From contig JAZUKV010000033.1 in the NCBI GenBank assembly GCA_045643465.1, forward strand, positions 24,295-88,294: a stretch of 64,000 nucleotides of DNA, written 5' to 3'. Made by a program: the position numbers and the translations under genes. A model generated the notes under the pieces. The model was not told the origin of the DNA, ran no database searches, and saw only the letters and a program-made list of their open reading frames with translations. This DNA is from Clostridia bacterium (GTDB taxonomy: Bacteria > Bacillota > Clostridia > TANB77 > CAG-508). Shown piece by piece: positions 7,418-17,717 of the stretch; position 1 is the first letter of the stretch; every line of letters begins with the position of its first letter.

Positions 7418-8989
7418 ATGAAAGGTTTTTTTTCATGGTTTAAATCAGGAAATAAAATGAAGAGATGGTTATTTTTAATATTATTATCAATGATAGCAAT
7501 TTGCTATGCATTATCAATAATATTAGTAACAAATTCATTGGATATTAAAACAATTATTAAAATAGTAGCATTATTTGTATTTGGTTTTGTAGGAATTGTA
7601 TTTGGATGCATTTCTTTACAAAAACGTAATTTAGAGATCTTAGTCAAACAAACAGACAAGAGAGCAAATGTAAAATCATTAATATATAATAAAAAAGTAT
7701 ATAATCAAGGACCTAAAATTGTTGTAATAGGTGGTGGAAATGGATTAAATTCAGTTCTTAGAGGGTTAAAAGAATATACGGAAAATATAACAGCAATTGT
7801 TACAGTTAGTGATTATGGAGATAAAAAATCTGATTCAAGAATGATATTAGATACTTTACCATTAGATGATGTAAAGGAAAGTTTAATCGCATTATCTAGT
7901 AATGAAGAAGAAATGAATAATTTAATAAATTACCAATTTAAATATGGAAGTTTAAAATCATTATCTTTTGGAGATATATATTTATTGGCAATGCAAAATT
8001 TACATAAAGAATTTGGAAAATCAGTAGAAAAGTCAAAAGATATTTTTAATATGACAGGAAGAGTTTTACCAGTTACGCAAGATGAGTTAGAAATTTGTGC
8101 AGAGCTAACAGATGGCACTATAGTAAAAGGAAGAAGTGAGATTCCAGATGTTGTAAATGAAAAAGTTGCTGGAATAAATAGAGTTTTTATAAGTCCATCA
8201 AATTGTAAAGCTGCTCCAGGTGTAATTGAAGCAATTCTAGAAGCGGATGCGATAATAATAGGACCAGGAAGTTTATATACAAATGTTATTCCAAACTTGC
8301 TTGTTAAAGGAGTTTCAAAAGCCATAAAAGAATCTTCAGGATTTAAAATTTATATAAGTAATATAATGACAGAGCCAGGACAAACATATAATTATGCTTT
8401 ATCAGACCATATTAAGGCTATTAAACGTCATATTGGAGAAGGTATGATTGATTATTGTATCTATGATACAGGAGAAATTACGCCAGAGTATATTAGAAAA
8501 TATAATATGAAAGGTTCTGAATTAGTAGAGCAAGATATACAAAAAGCAAAAGCAGAAGGCGTAAAATTGATGAAACGTGACTTAGCAATGATAGATAATA
8601 AATACATAAGACATAATCCAAAAGAAATAGCAAGGGCAGTTATTGAACTTATATGCGAAGATTTAAAATTTAAGGATAAACAAAATGATCCTCAATATTT
8701 AATGTTAAGTCATAAACTAAGATATAAAAAATTAAAACCAAATAAAAAGAAATGGAAAAAACAAAAGTTAGATAAGACAGGAAAAAGTAAATTTTATTCA
8801 AAATATGAAGATAGAATTTTATCAATTAGAGAAAGTGATGAAAAGTTAAAAAGAAAAATAATTGCTGAAAATAAAAGTAATCAGATAATAGAAAAAGTAA
8901 GTGGCATGAAGAAGTATAATACGGAGTTAAAAAAGCGTAAAGCAAAAGAAAATTCTAATAAAAGAAATTATTCAGATAGTATTAAATAG
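7418..8989 (+). CDS. yvcK: YvcK/CofD-like gluconeogenesis factor family protein with an N-terminal TM region and a Lys-rich C-terminal tail
   Basis: IVVIGGGNGLNSVLRGLK and GPGSLYTNVIPNLLV motifs. There are two N-terminal hydrophobic helices and a basic extension of about 110 aa. Confidence 0.85.
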   Translation: MKGFFSWFKSGNKMKRWLFLILLSMIAICYALSIILVTNSLDIKTIIKIVALFVFGFVGIVFGCISLQKRNLEILVKQTDKRANVKSLIYNKKVYNQGPKIVVIGGGNGLNSVLRGLKEYTENITAIVTVSDYGDKKSDSRMILDTLPLDDVKESLIALSSNEEEMNNLINYQFKYGSLKSLSFGDIYLLAMQNLHKEFGKSVEKSKDIFNMTGRVLPVTQDELEICAELTDGTIVKGRSEIPDVVNEKVAGINRVFISPSNCKAAPGVIEAILEADAIIIGPGSLYTNVIPNLLVKGVSKAIKESSGFKIYISNIMTEPGQTYNYALSDHIKAIKRHIGEGMIDYCIYDTGEITPEYIRKYNMKGSELVEQDIQKAKAEGVKLMKRDLAMIDNKYIRHNPKEIARAVIELICEDLKFKDKQNDPQYLMLSHKLRYKKLKPNKKKWKKQKLDKTGKSKFYSKYEDRILSIRESDEKLKRKIIAENKSNQIIEKVSGMKKYNTELKKRKAKENSNKRNYSDSIK

Positions 8990-9021
8990 GCACATAAGAA
9001 AAATTATGGGGGAGACTAAAG

Positions 9022-11022
9022 ATGAAATTGATGATTAATAAATTGGATTTTGAAAATTCTATTAATAAAGAATGGCTAGTAACTAATGGATTAGGGGGAT
9101 TTGCAAGTTCAACAATAGTTGGCGCAAATACAAGAAAATATCATGGATTATTAGTGGCACCATTAAATCCACCAGCTCAAAGATATTTATTACTTTCAAA
9201 ATTGGATGAAAGCATAGAAATTGATGGAGTAATTAATAATTTATATACAAATATATGCAGGAATAATATATCCGAAGGTTATAAAAATCAAGTCAGTTTC
9301 GAAAAAGAAGAAATACCTGTTTTTACATATAATGTAAATGGTGTAACAATTGAAAAATCAATTTGTATGGAGTATAGAAAGAATGTAACAATTGTTTTAT
9401 ACAAAATAAAAAATGGAGATAAATATGCAAAATTAAGAATTACTCCATTATTGAATTATAGAAATTTTCATGCAGTTAGTTATAATAGAAAATTCTATAT
9501 TGAGCAGAATGTCAATAATAGATTAGTTGATATTGTTATCGATAATAGTAATCATCATATATATATGAATTGCTCTGATGGAGAATATAGAATACAAGAA
9601 AATGATAGTTTTAAAAACATGTATTATATCCAAGAAGAAAAAAGAGGATTAGAAAGTGAAGAAAATCATGCAATACCAGGATTTTATGAAATAAATATAA
9701 ATCCAAATGAAGAAAAATGTATAACTTTTGCGTGCTCTCTTGATGAAATAAAAATAGATAGAAAAGATGGTCAAAAAATAATTCAATCTGAGAAAAAAAG
9801 AATAAAACAATTGATTGATAAATCTGATTTGAAAGGTGATTCAGAGCTAATAAAAAAATATATAATTGCAACTGATAATTTTATTGTTTCAAGAAAAAAT
9901 TTGTTAACATTATTAGCTGGGTATCCTTGGTTTTTAGATTGGGGAAGAGATACATTTATTGCTTTTGAAGGAACAGTGTTAGTAAATAAAAGATTTGATG
10001 TAGCGAGAAGTTTATTATTAACATTTACTAGAGATATAAATGATGGGTTAATTCCAAATGGATATTCTGAGATTGATAATATGCCATTATATAATAGTGT
10101 TGATAGTAGTTTACTATTTTTCGAACAAGTGAAAAAATACATAAAGTATACGTCTGATTACAATTTTGTCCAAACGAAATTATATAAAGCAATGAAAGAT
10201 ATTATTGAACATTTTATAGAAGGGATAAACCTTGAAAATAATAATATTTATCTTGATGAAGATTATTTAATTTCAGCAGGTACATTAAGTACTCAGAATA
10301 CATGGATGGATGCTAAAATTGGTGATTATGTTGTTACTCCTAGAAATGGTAAACAAGTTGAGATAAATGCTTTGTGGTACAATGCTTTAATGATTATGGT
10401 AGAGCTTTCTAAAAAATTTGAAGATGATAAAGAAATTATTAGCAAATATAGAAATTTGGCAAAGAAAACTAAAAAATCTTTTAATGAAAAATTTTATAAT
10501 CCAAAGACGAAGTGTTTATATGATGTAATTGGAGATGAAAAAATAAGACCAAATCAATTATATGCATTATCATTAAATTATCCAGTAATTGATCCAAGCT
10601 CAAGTGAGGCTAAAGAAATGTTTAATACAGTTACAAAAAAATTATTAAATGCATATGGATTAAAAACTTTAGCAAAAGGAGAGAAACATTATACTGAAAT
10701 ATATGAAGGTGATCAATACAGAAGAGATATTAGTTACCATCAAGGAATTACATGGCCATGGTTAATTGGGTTATATAATGATTCTTTTGTAAATTTGATA
10801 AATGCTGAAAAAGATAAAATAGAAAAAAATAAATTAAAAGAAGAATATAAAAATTTCGTTCAAAAATTAAGAAAGACATATGTAAAAGAGCTAAACGAAG
10901 GAATGACAATTGGAAGTTTGCCAGAGCTATATGATTCTGCAAAACCATTTAGTCCAAAAGGAGCTTTTGCACAGTGTTGGAGTGTTTCTGAAGTATTTAG
11001 GATTATTTTAAAAGCTCAATAA
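9022..11022 (+). CDS. Amylo-alpha-1,6-glucosidase / glycogen debranching enzyme family protein
   Basis: GYPWFLDWGRDTFIA and NTWMDAKIGDYVVTPRNGKQVEINALWYNAL motifs. Confidence 0.88.
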   Translation: MKLMINKLDFENSINKEWLVTNGLGGFASSTIVGANTRKYHGLLVAPLNPPAQRYLLLSKLDESIEIDGVINNLYTNICRNNISEGYKNQVSFEKEEIPVFTYNVNGVTIEKSICMEYRKNVTIVLYKIKNGDKYAKLRITPLLNYRNFHAVSYNRKFYIEQNVNNRLVDIVIDNSNHHIYMNCSDGEYRIQENDSFKNMYYIQEEKRGLESEENHAIPGFYEININPNEEKCITFACSLDEIKIDRKDGQKIIQSEKKRIKQLIDKSDLKGDSELIKKYIIATDNFIVSRKNLLTLLAGYPWFLDWGRDTFIAFEGTVLVNKRFDVARSLLLTFTRDINDGLIPNGYSEIDNMPLYNSVDSSLLFFEQVKKYIKYTSDYNFVQTKLYKAMKDIIEHFIEGINLENNNIYLDEDYLISAGTLSTQNTWMDAKIGDYVVTPRNGKQVEINALWYNALMIMVELSKKFEDDKEIISKYRNLAKKTKKSFNEKFYNPKTKCLYDVIGDEKIRPNQLYALSLNYPVIDPSSSEAKEMFNTVTKKLLNAYGLKTLAKGEKHYTEIYEGDQYRRDISYHQGITWPWLIGLYNDSFVNLINAEKDKIEKNKLKEEYKNFVQKLRKTYVKELNEGMTIGSLPELYDSAKPFSPKGAFAQCWSVSEVFRIILKAQ

Positions 11023-11043
11023 TTAAATAATGGGGGAAAATAA

Positions 11044-12063
11044 ATGATAGTTAGCGAATTGGAAAAAGAATTAAAAGAAAAAAAATTATCAAGTATTTAT
11101 TTATTATATGGAAAAGAAACATATTTATTAGAAAATGCTCTAAAAAAAATCAAGAAATTATTTGGTGAGCTTAAAGAAGGTTTAAACTATATAAAAATAG
11201 ATAGCTCTAATGTTAGCAATTTAATATCAGAGCTACAAACTCCTCCATTTGGATTTGAAAAAAAATTGATTATTGTAAAAGATACGGAATTATTTAAAAA
11301 AATAGGCAAGAAAAAAAGTCAAGATGTTTCTGATTTAATTGAAAAAAATGCTAGATATATTTCTGAAAATATTGATTCAATAAAAGATTTTAATGTGGTT
11401 GTTTTTTTAGAAGAAGAAATCGAAAAAAATGCTTTATATAAAATTATAGAAAAAGAAGGAATTGTATGTGAATTCCAAACTGAAAAATTGCCAGATCTTG
11501 CAAAAAGAATTAAATTTATTTGTACATCATATAAAGTTAATATTGATAATGTAACATTAAATTATTTTATAGATGTTTGTGGTACGAATTTGCAAGATTT
11601 AATAAATGAAATAAGAAAATTGATTGAATATGTTGGAGAAAATGGAACAATAAGCCAAGATGATATTGATAAATTATCAATAAAACAATTTGAAAGTGTT
11701 ATATTTGATTTGACAGATAGTTTAGGGCAAAAAAATGTAACAAAATCATTAGAAGTATTAAAAAATTTAATCTATGCAAAAGAGCCTGTACAAAAAATAC
11801 TGATTACTTTATATAATCATTTTAAAAAATTATATACAGTTAAACTTTGTGAAAAATACAAAAAAGATATTTTGCAAAATTTGAATTTAAAGCCAAATCA
11901 AACTTTTTTAGTGTCAAAATATAAAAAACAAGCTAATTATTTTTCAGAAGAAACTTTAAAAAATATTTTATTTGCATTTATTAAGTTAGATGAAAATTAC
12001 AAAAATGGAAATGTTGATTTAAATATTGGACTAGAAACTGTAATATGTGGTTATTGTAGTTAA
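11044..12063 (+). CDS. holA: DNA polymerase III delta subunit
   Basis: The N-terminus LSSIYLLYGKETYLL is typical of HolA. Length of 339 aa also fits. Confidence 0.85.
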   Translation: MIVSELEKELKEKKLSSIYLLYGKETYLLENALKKIKKLFGELKEGLNYIKIDSSNVSNLISELQTPPFGFEKKLIIVKDTELFKKIGKKKSQDVSDLIEKNARYISENIDSIKDFNVVVFLEEEIEKNALYKIIEKEGIVCEFQTEKLPDLAKRIKFICTSYKVNIDNVTLNYFIDVCGTNLQDLINEIRKLIEYVGENGTISQDDIDKLSIKQFESVIFDLTDSLGQKNVTKSLEVLKNLIYAKEPVQKILITLYNHFKKLYTVKLCEKYKKDILQNLNLKPNQTFLVSKYKKQANYFSEETLKNILFAFIKLDENYKNGNVDLNIGLETVICGYCS

Positions 12064-12081
12064 ATTATATGAATAAAAGAG

Positions 12082-12120
12082 AATGTTTTTCAAATAATAA
12101 TTTGGGAAACATTTTTTTTA
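12082..12120 (+). terminator. Rho-independent terminator
   Basis: aatgttt...aaacatt followed by T8. Confidence 0.45.
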
Positions 12121-12162
12121 TTAGTTTTTAGAATTAAAAAATAAAGGTTAGGAGATGATAGA

Positions 12163-13098
12163 ATGTTTAACTTTAGAACAGATATGGCTGATGAAAGACA
12201 TGATATTTACAAGAAGGCACATAATTTAGAAGATAAAATTCCAGGAATTGATTTTGAATCTAAAGATGAAAGCAAAAATGTAAAGACTACAATAGTGAGA
12301 GTTACTGATAAAGAGGGGGAAATTGCAATAGGCAAGCCTATAGGAACATATATTACGTTTGATCTTAAAAATTTACGAATTGCTAGTGAAGATGAAATTG
12401 ACGAAAGTTCAAAGATTATATCTGAAAAAATTAAAAATATTGTTGATGGAAAAATATCTTCTGAAGGGGAAATTCTTGTAATTGGACTAGGAAATCAATT
12501 TGTTACACCAGATTCGCTTGGGCCTAAAGTAGTTTCTGAAATTGAAATTACAAGGCATTTGTTAAAATATGCGCCTCAATTTGTAAAGCCAGGAACAAGA
12601 GCAATAAGTGCTGTAGCACCAGGTGTATTAGGAACAACTGGGATAGAGACTTTAGAAATTGTAAAAGGAATTGTTGATAATGTAAATCCAAAATTATTAA
12701 TAGTTATTGATAGTTTAGCATCAAAAAGTATCGAAAGAATTAGTTCAACAATTCAAATTTCAGATACAGGAATTGTACCAGGTGGAGGTGTTGGAAATAC
12801 AAGAAAAGAGCTTAGTGAGAATACATTAGGAATACCTGTTATTGCTATAGGTGTGCCAATGGTTGTTGAGTCTGCGGTATTAGTTAATGATTGTTTAGAC
12901 TTATTTATAACAAAATTACAAAATGAGGCTAGATCAAATGATTATTTAAATAGTTTAAAGGCTCAAGATAACTATGAAGAAATAAAAGAAGCGTTAAATC
13001 CAAAAGATTATAATATGGTCGTTACTCCTAAAGAAGTAGATGATTTAATTGAAAATATGAAAAATATTGTAGCGAGAAGTATAAATTATGGAATATAA
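12163..13098 (+). CDS. gpr: Germination protease (GPR endopeptidase)
   Basis: RTDMADE N-terminus and the GLGNQFVTPDSLGP motif. Confidence 0.92.
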   Translation: MFNFRTDMADERHDIYKKAHNLEDKIPGIDFESKDESKNVKTTIVRVTDKEGEIAIGKPIGTYITFDLKNLRIASEDEIDESSKIISEKIKNIVDGKISSEGEILVIGLGNQFVTPDSLGPKVVSEIEITRHLLKYAPQFVKPGTRAISAVAPGVLGTTGIETLEIVKGIVDNVNPKLLIVIDSLASKSIERISSTIQISDTGIVPGGGVGNTRKELSENTLGIPVIAIGVPMVVESAVLVNDCLDLFITKLQNEARSNDYLNSLKAQDNYEEIKEALNPKDYNMVVTPKEVDDLIENMKNIVARSINYGI

Positions 13099-13103
13099 AT
13101 AAG

Positions 13104-13142
13104 AAAAAATTAGTGTTTCACATTAAAGAAACACTAATTTTT
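13104..13142. terminator. Bidirectional Rho-independent terminator
   Basis: aaaaaattagtgtttc...gaaacactaatttttt. Confidence 0.65.
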
Positions 13143-13146
13143 TAGG

Positions 13147-13314
13147 TTAACGATTTAATAAAAATACACATAAGTTTGTAAATATTAACTGAAATATCGC
13201 CAAAACGATTATCGTAATACCACCAGATTTATTTTTCATAGATATTTCATATTTACCATAGCTTATAGAATAAAAACATATATAAATCGTAGATAGTAAT
13301 ATTAAAAATTTCAT
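13147..13314 (-). CDS. Candidate 55-aa small membrane protein downstream of the ger operon
   Basis: agaaagg SD plus ATG. The translation MKFLILLSTIYICFYSISYGKYEISMKNKSGGITIIVLAIFQLIFTNLCVFLLNR has two hydrophobic stretches. It is below the ORF-track cutoff. Confidence 0.3.
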   Translation of the reverse strand: MKFLILLSTIYICFYSISYGKYEISMKNKSGGITIIVLAIFQLIFTNLCVFLLNR

Positions 13315-13332
13315 AAAAAACCTTTCTAATTA

Positions 13333-14583
13333 TTAAGATTTAGTAAAAATATTTCCAGATTTCATTATTAAGTGGACATTTACATTAAAATTGGAATTTT
13401 TATAATTATCAAGCCAATTTGAATTATACCAATCGTCTAATGTTAAATAATGCTTTACAGCATATCTTCCAAAGCCTGATATATCAGAGCTATATTCTCT
13501 GGACGTTTTGTATAAATAATTTTGTATTTGGTCATGTAGATATTTGGTAGCAGAATTTTCAATTTGTTTTAATTTATCATTAGAATTATATTTAGTTTTT
13601 TCATCTAAAGATTGTCCATAAGCAACAAGATAGACATCAAGATGAATATTGGCAGAATTTTCATTTAGCTCTACAGTGCATTTTGTATTTTTTTCTGATG
13701 TTAATATTAAATCTAAATATTTATCTTTTTCAAAAGGATTAGGCACAGAAAGACTACATTGTTCTAAGTTATTATTAACAATTATATGGCATAAGCTATC
13801 AAGACCTGTTAATTCCCCGACCATTTTATCGCCATTAAATACAGCAATTCCTAAGGTTTCAGTCATATCAGAGTCTTTTATAGGATTTTCACCAGCAGTG
13901 TAATCAGCATTAATATGAGTTGGCTTGTCTAAAGAATTTTCATTGATATTTCCAAGAATGGCATATGCTTGGGAATATGTGTCTTTCATTTTTGAATAAA
14001 ATTCAGATAAAGTAATATCTATTGTATAGCCAACATATTCAGCGGAATGTAGTGAAGATTCATAATATCTAGCAACTAGAGATTCTAAAGATGGTTTTAC
14101 ATTTTCCAGATATTCACGTGCATCACATTTGGTAATAACAATACTACAATCTGTACGAAGTTGGATATTATTTAATAAAGTATCTAAATATTCAGATAAT
14201 CCTTGTTTGGCTAGTTTTTCAGATATGAGAATTTCTTGACAATGGGATAGATTTACTTTTTTACTAATATGATTATTTATTAAGGCAAGTCCAGAATTTA
14301 TAGATGTGCACTTTACTGTAGTTATGCTGGCATTAGATGATTGGGAAGAGCCTTCAGAAGACTCGCTATTTGAACTACTTTCCTCAGATTTTTCACCAGA
14401 AGAATTACCTTGTGTAGCAAATTGCAATGAAAGTTCAAGTTCATTATTTTCATTAATATCAAGTCCGATGGCAACTACATAAGCTAGCTCTTCGATTCCT
14501 CTAGCATCATAGCAACCTGTTAAATTTAGTAGAATACTTATTAAAAGTAAAAAAATTAAAATTAATTTTAAAAATTTTTTCAT
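13333..14583 (-). CDS. Ger(x)C-family spore germination lipoprotein
   Basis: LTGC lipobox followed by YDARGIEELAYVVAIGLD. Third gene of the A-B-C receptor operon. Confidence 0.9.
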   Translation of the reverse strand: MKKFLKLILIFLLLISILLNLTGCYDARGIEELAYVVAIGLDINENNELELSLQFATQGNSSGEKSEESSSNSESSEGSSQSSNASITTVKCTSINSGLALINNHISKKVNLSHCQEILISEKLAKQGLSEYLDTLLNNIQLRTDCSIVITKCDAREYLENVKPSLESLVARYYESSLHSAEYVGYTIDITLSEFYSKMKDTYSQAYAILGNINENSLDKPTHINADYTAGENPIKDSDMTETLGIAVFNGDKMVGELTGLDSLCHIIVNNNLEQCSLSVPNPFEKDKYLDLILTSEKNTKCTVELNENSANIHLDVYLVAYGQSLDEKTKYNSNDKLKQIENSATKYLHDQIQNYLYKTSREYSSDISGFGRYAVKHYLTLDDWYNSNWLDNYKNSNFNVNVHLIMKSGNIFTKS

Positions 14584-14597
14584 ATATTTTAATGTGT

Positions 14598-14634
14598 CCT
14601 AAATTCCACTTTTGTGGAATTTAGAACCGTCCCC
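14598..14634 (-). repeat. Collapsed copy of the GGGGACGGTTCTAAATTCCAC repeat family: a full left arm, AAAA, then the inner half of the right arm
   Basis: The minus strand reads GGGGACGGTTCTAAATTCCAC-AAAA-GTGGAATTTAGG. The 21-mer is identical to 61706-61726. Confidence 0.7.
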
Positions 14635-14635
14635 T

Positions 14636-14681
14636 TTTCTCTTTTTTCTCTTTTTTTCTCTTTCTTTCTCTTTCTTTCTCT
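14636..14681 (-). repeat. Imperfect purine microsatellite, (AGAGAAAGAA)n-like on the minus strand
   Basis: Read directly. It fills the gap between the ger B-subunit stop codon and the repeat at 14598-14634. Confidence 0.7.
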
Positions 14682-15764
14682 TTATCGTTTTTCTTTTTTT
14701 ATGCTTGCAGCAATTAAAATGATGGGGGTTATGACATCTACGAGGATTAGAGACATATATTTAAATGCATATTCCATAGTGTTCATAAATTGCCCATAGT
14801 TTTGTAGTAGAATTGTTGTGCCTAATAAAATTGAACAGATGCATAAATTGGCGGATGACGTATCTTTTAGATGCGCAATTCTTTTGAAAATATATATAAT
14901 AAAAAATATTGTTATACTTACATAAGCAATAACTGAAAGAATCCAAATTACAACAAATATAGTATTGGCTCCTTGGATAAAATCACCATAATTAACTATT
15001 CTAGTTAATAAATATAAAGATAGACTTTCATTTGTATCAAGTATAAATGAAAAAACTAATAGTAAGCAGCATACACTTAAAAGTAAAAATATACCTGCTA
15101 TACCAAGTGATATGAGTGTTATCTTTTTTACATCATTAGAGTTTTTTAATAGTCTTGGTAAAAAGAAAATATAACTAAATCCTACGAATCCATATAAATT
15201 TGATAAACCACTAAAAAAAGTTTCTTTCGCACCATATCCTAATATTGGTAATAGTCTTTGAAATACAAAGTTAGGGGCTGGGGCTATTAACACAACTAAT
15301 ATGCTCAAAAATATTATTGGTGCAAGAATTAATGTTGTTTTTGCAATTGCTTTTAAGCCAAATTTGTTTGCTATTAATCCTGAGCCTATAAAAAATAATA
15401 TTATAAAGATTATTGGAGATTCATTAAAATATATTATTTTTAATGTTTCTGAGAAATCTCGTATAATTAAACTGATTATTAGAATAATTCCAGATAAATA
15501 TAATATTCCTATTAGTTTTTGTAAAAATGGTCCTCCTAGGAATTTTGAAATATCCAAAAGATCTTCTCCTGGAAATTTTTTTAATAATTTTATAAATAAA
15601 AAACCTAATAAAAATGAAAGCAAAATTATTAGAAGTGTAGTTAACCAAGCGGAACTTCCTGTAGCAGATATTATTGCTTTGGGAAGATTTAAAATAATTT
15701 TATTTGCCATTACTATTGTTAATACAGCTATTGCTTCAACAGTTTCTAATTTTGTTAAATTCAT
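14682..15764 (-). CDS. Spore germination protein, GerAB/GerKB-type permease subunit
   Basis: 360 aa with about 10 TM segments. It lies between the A and C subunits and has an SD (ggagg). Confidence 0.88.
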   Translation of the reverse strand: MNLTKLETVEAIAVLTIVMANKIILNLPKAIISATGSSAWLTTLLIILLSFLLGFLFIKLLKKFPGEDLLDISKFLGGPFLQKLIGILYLSGIILIISLIIRDFSETLKIIYFNESPIIFIILFFIGSGLIANKFGLKAIAKTTLILAPIIFLSILVVLIAPAPNFVFQRLLPILGYGAKETFFSGLSNLYGFVGFSYIFFLPRLLKNSNDVKKITLISLGIAGIFLLLSVCCLLLVFSFILDTNESLSLYLLTRIVNYGDFIQGANTIFVVIWILSVIAYVSITIFFIIYIFKRIAHLKDTSSANLCICSILLGTTILLQNYGQFMNTMEYAFKYMSLILVDVITPIILIAASIKKEKR

Positions 15765-15785
15765 AATAGTATTTCCTCCATTAAG

Positions 15786-17483
15786 TTATTGATTATTTTT
15801 TCTCCAAAGCATACTAATTTTTCCTTGGGAATATTTTTTTTCAGAATGAAGAAATTCTGAAGTTTTTTCTCTTTTCCAAGCAGGTGGTACGAAATAGCTA
15901 GATATACTGCGTTTATTAGGATTTACGAAGAATGGTGTTAGATAAGGAGAGCCAAACGATTTTAAATTACTTAATAATACTAATTGAACAAATAAGCCAG
16001 CTCCGATGCCTAAAAAACCAGCAAAATATCCTAATATTAAATAAATAAATCTACATATTCTAAATGTAAAATTTAAAGAAAAGTCAGGAATACTAAAAGA
16101 GCAAATACCTGTAATTGCGACAACTATTATTAATATTGGACTAACTAATGAAGCAGATACTGCAGCTTCTCCTAATATCAGTGCTCCTACAATTCCAATA
16201 GTAGATCCTAATGGAGTTGGAACCCTTAAACCGGCTTCTCTAATTAATTCAAAAGAAATTTCCATAGTCAAAATTTCTATAATTGTTGGAAATGGGACAG
16301 ATTCTCTAGCAGCAGCAATTGTAAATAAGAGCTCAGTAGGCAATAGCTCTTGATGAAAATTTGTTATAGCAATGTAAATTCCAGGTAAAAGCAATGAGAA
16401 AAATAATGCTAACATTCTAATTACTTTTTGCAGATTAGCAAATTGGTATTTTAAATTTAAATCTTCTGGTGAAGATAAAAAATCTACAAATACTCCAGGC
16501 ATTACTAATACATATGGGCTACCATTTACAATAACACAAACTCTGCCTTCTAGTAGAAAATTGGTTACTTTATCTGGTCGCTCTGTTGCAATCATTTGAG
16601 GGAATAGACTTTGGGGGTTATCTTGTATTAATTGTTCTAATTGACCAGATGAAGTTAAATAATCGATATTTAAATTTGATATTCTATTATAAACTTCGTC
16701 AATAAGTTTTTGATTTGCGATTCCATTTATATATCCAATAGCTATTTGGGTTTGAGTTATTTTTCCCACAGTAGCAGATTTTAAAACTAGGTTTTCATTA
16801 TTAATTAATCTTCTTAACATTGAAGTATTAGTTCTTAAATTTTCTACAAAAGCTTCTTGAGAGCCACGTACGACAATTTCATTACTGGGTATATCAATAC
16901 TTCTTTGTTTAAATCCTTTTACGTCAATATCAAATGCTGTAGATAAAGATTCAACAAAAAGGACACAATTACCCATATTAATAGCTTTAAAAACGTCTTC
17001 AAATTCAGTTATTTTATTTACACTATTTTGTGGAATTAAACTGTCATAAATGTGATTTGTTATATCTTTAGTTTTTTCGATGATGGGGTTAGAAGAATTA
17101 TTGTTTTGATATTCTTTTGAATTCGAATCAAATTCGTTTGCTTTTTTTCTTAGCATTAATGGAGAAATAGTAAAATCATTAATAGATTTTGCATCAACCA
17201 TTCCATCTATGAAAATAACGAAAGCTTTATATTCTATATTATAGGCTAGCAAAGAGAAATTTCGGATAATAACGTCTTTGCAAACTTCTGTATGATAAAC
17301 ATTTTTTAAATAGTTTAAATTTCTTTTTAAATTATTAGATACATTTGTATATTGAATGAAATTCGAATTATTTTTCTGGATAGAATCAGAAATGTTTTGT
17401 ACATTTTCAGGTATGTCAAATTCATATTTTTTTTGAGGAGTATACGTAAATGTATTAATAAATTTGTTAATAAAGTTTTTCAT
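15786..17483 (-). CDS. Spore germination protein, GerAA/GerKA-type subunit
   Basis: ATERPDKVTNFLLEGRVCVIVNGSPYVLVMPGVFVDF motif and C-terminal TM helices. Confidence 0.92.
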   Translation of the reverse strand: MKNFINKFINTFTYTPQKKYEFDIPENVQNISDSIQKNNSNFIQYTNVSNNLKRNLNYLKNVYHTEVCKDVIIRNFSLLAYNIEYKAFVIFIDGMVDAKSINDFTISPLMLRKKANEFDSNSKEYQNNNSSNPIIEKTKDITNHIYDSLIPQNSVNKITEFEDVFKAINMGNCVLFVESLSTAFDIDVKGFKQRSIDIPSNEIVVRGSQEAFVENLRTNTSMLRRLINNENLVLKSATVGKITQTQIAIGYINGIANQKLIDEVYNRISNLNIDYLTSSGQLEQLIQDNPQSLFPQMIATERPDKVTNFLLEGRVCVIVNGSPYVLVMPGVFVDFLSSPEDLNLKYQFANLQKVIRMLALFFSLLLPGIYIAITNFHQELLPTELLFTIAAARESVPFPTIIEILTMEISFELIREAGLRVPTPLGSTIGIVGALILGEAAVSASLVSPILIIVVAITGICSFSIPDFSLNFTFRICRFIYLILGYFAGFLGIGAGLFVQLVLLSNLKSFGSPYLTPFFVNPNKRSISSYFVPPAWKREKTSEFLHSEKKYSQGKISMLWRKNNQ

Positions 17484-17717
17484 AAATAATTAAACCTCAC
17501 TAAGTTATTATAGTTTTATTATTTGAAATAAAGAAAAAAATATACAGTTTTGTTAAAAAATTGTCTCAATAAAGTTTAATGAGAATATAATAGTAAGTGT
17601 AAAAAAATTAAATATGTAAAAAAATAATGAAAAATGTAAAAAAAGTATTTGTATACTTAAACTTTATATGTTAAAATATAAATGTTTAATAATATAAATA
17701 AATGAGGAGGAAAAAAA

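Noticed and set aside
14614-14799. 61-aa plus-strand ORF across the ger spacer, and the similar ORF at 36126-36350
   Set aside because: They are translations of the pyrimidine tract and repeat, or of a terminator plus the antisense of a minus-strand gene. They have no SD and overlap better-supported features.
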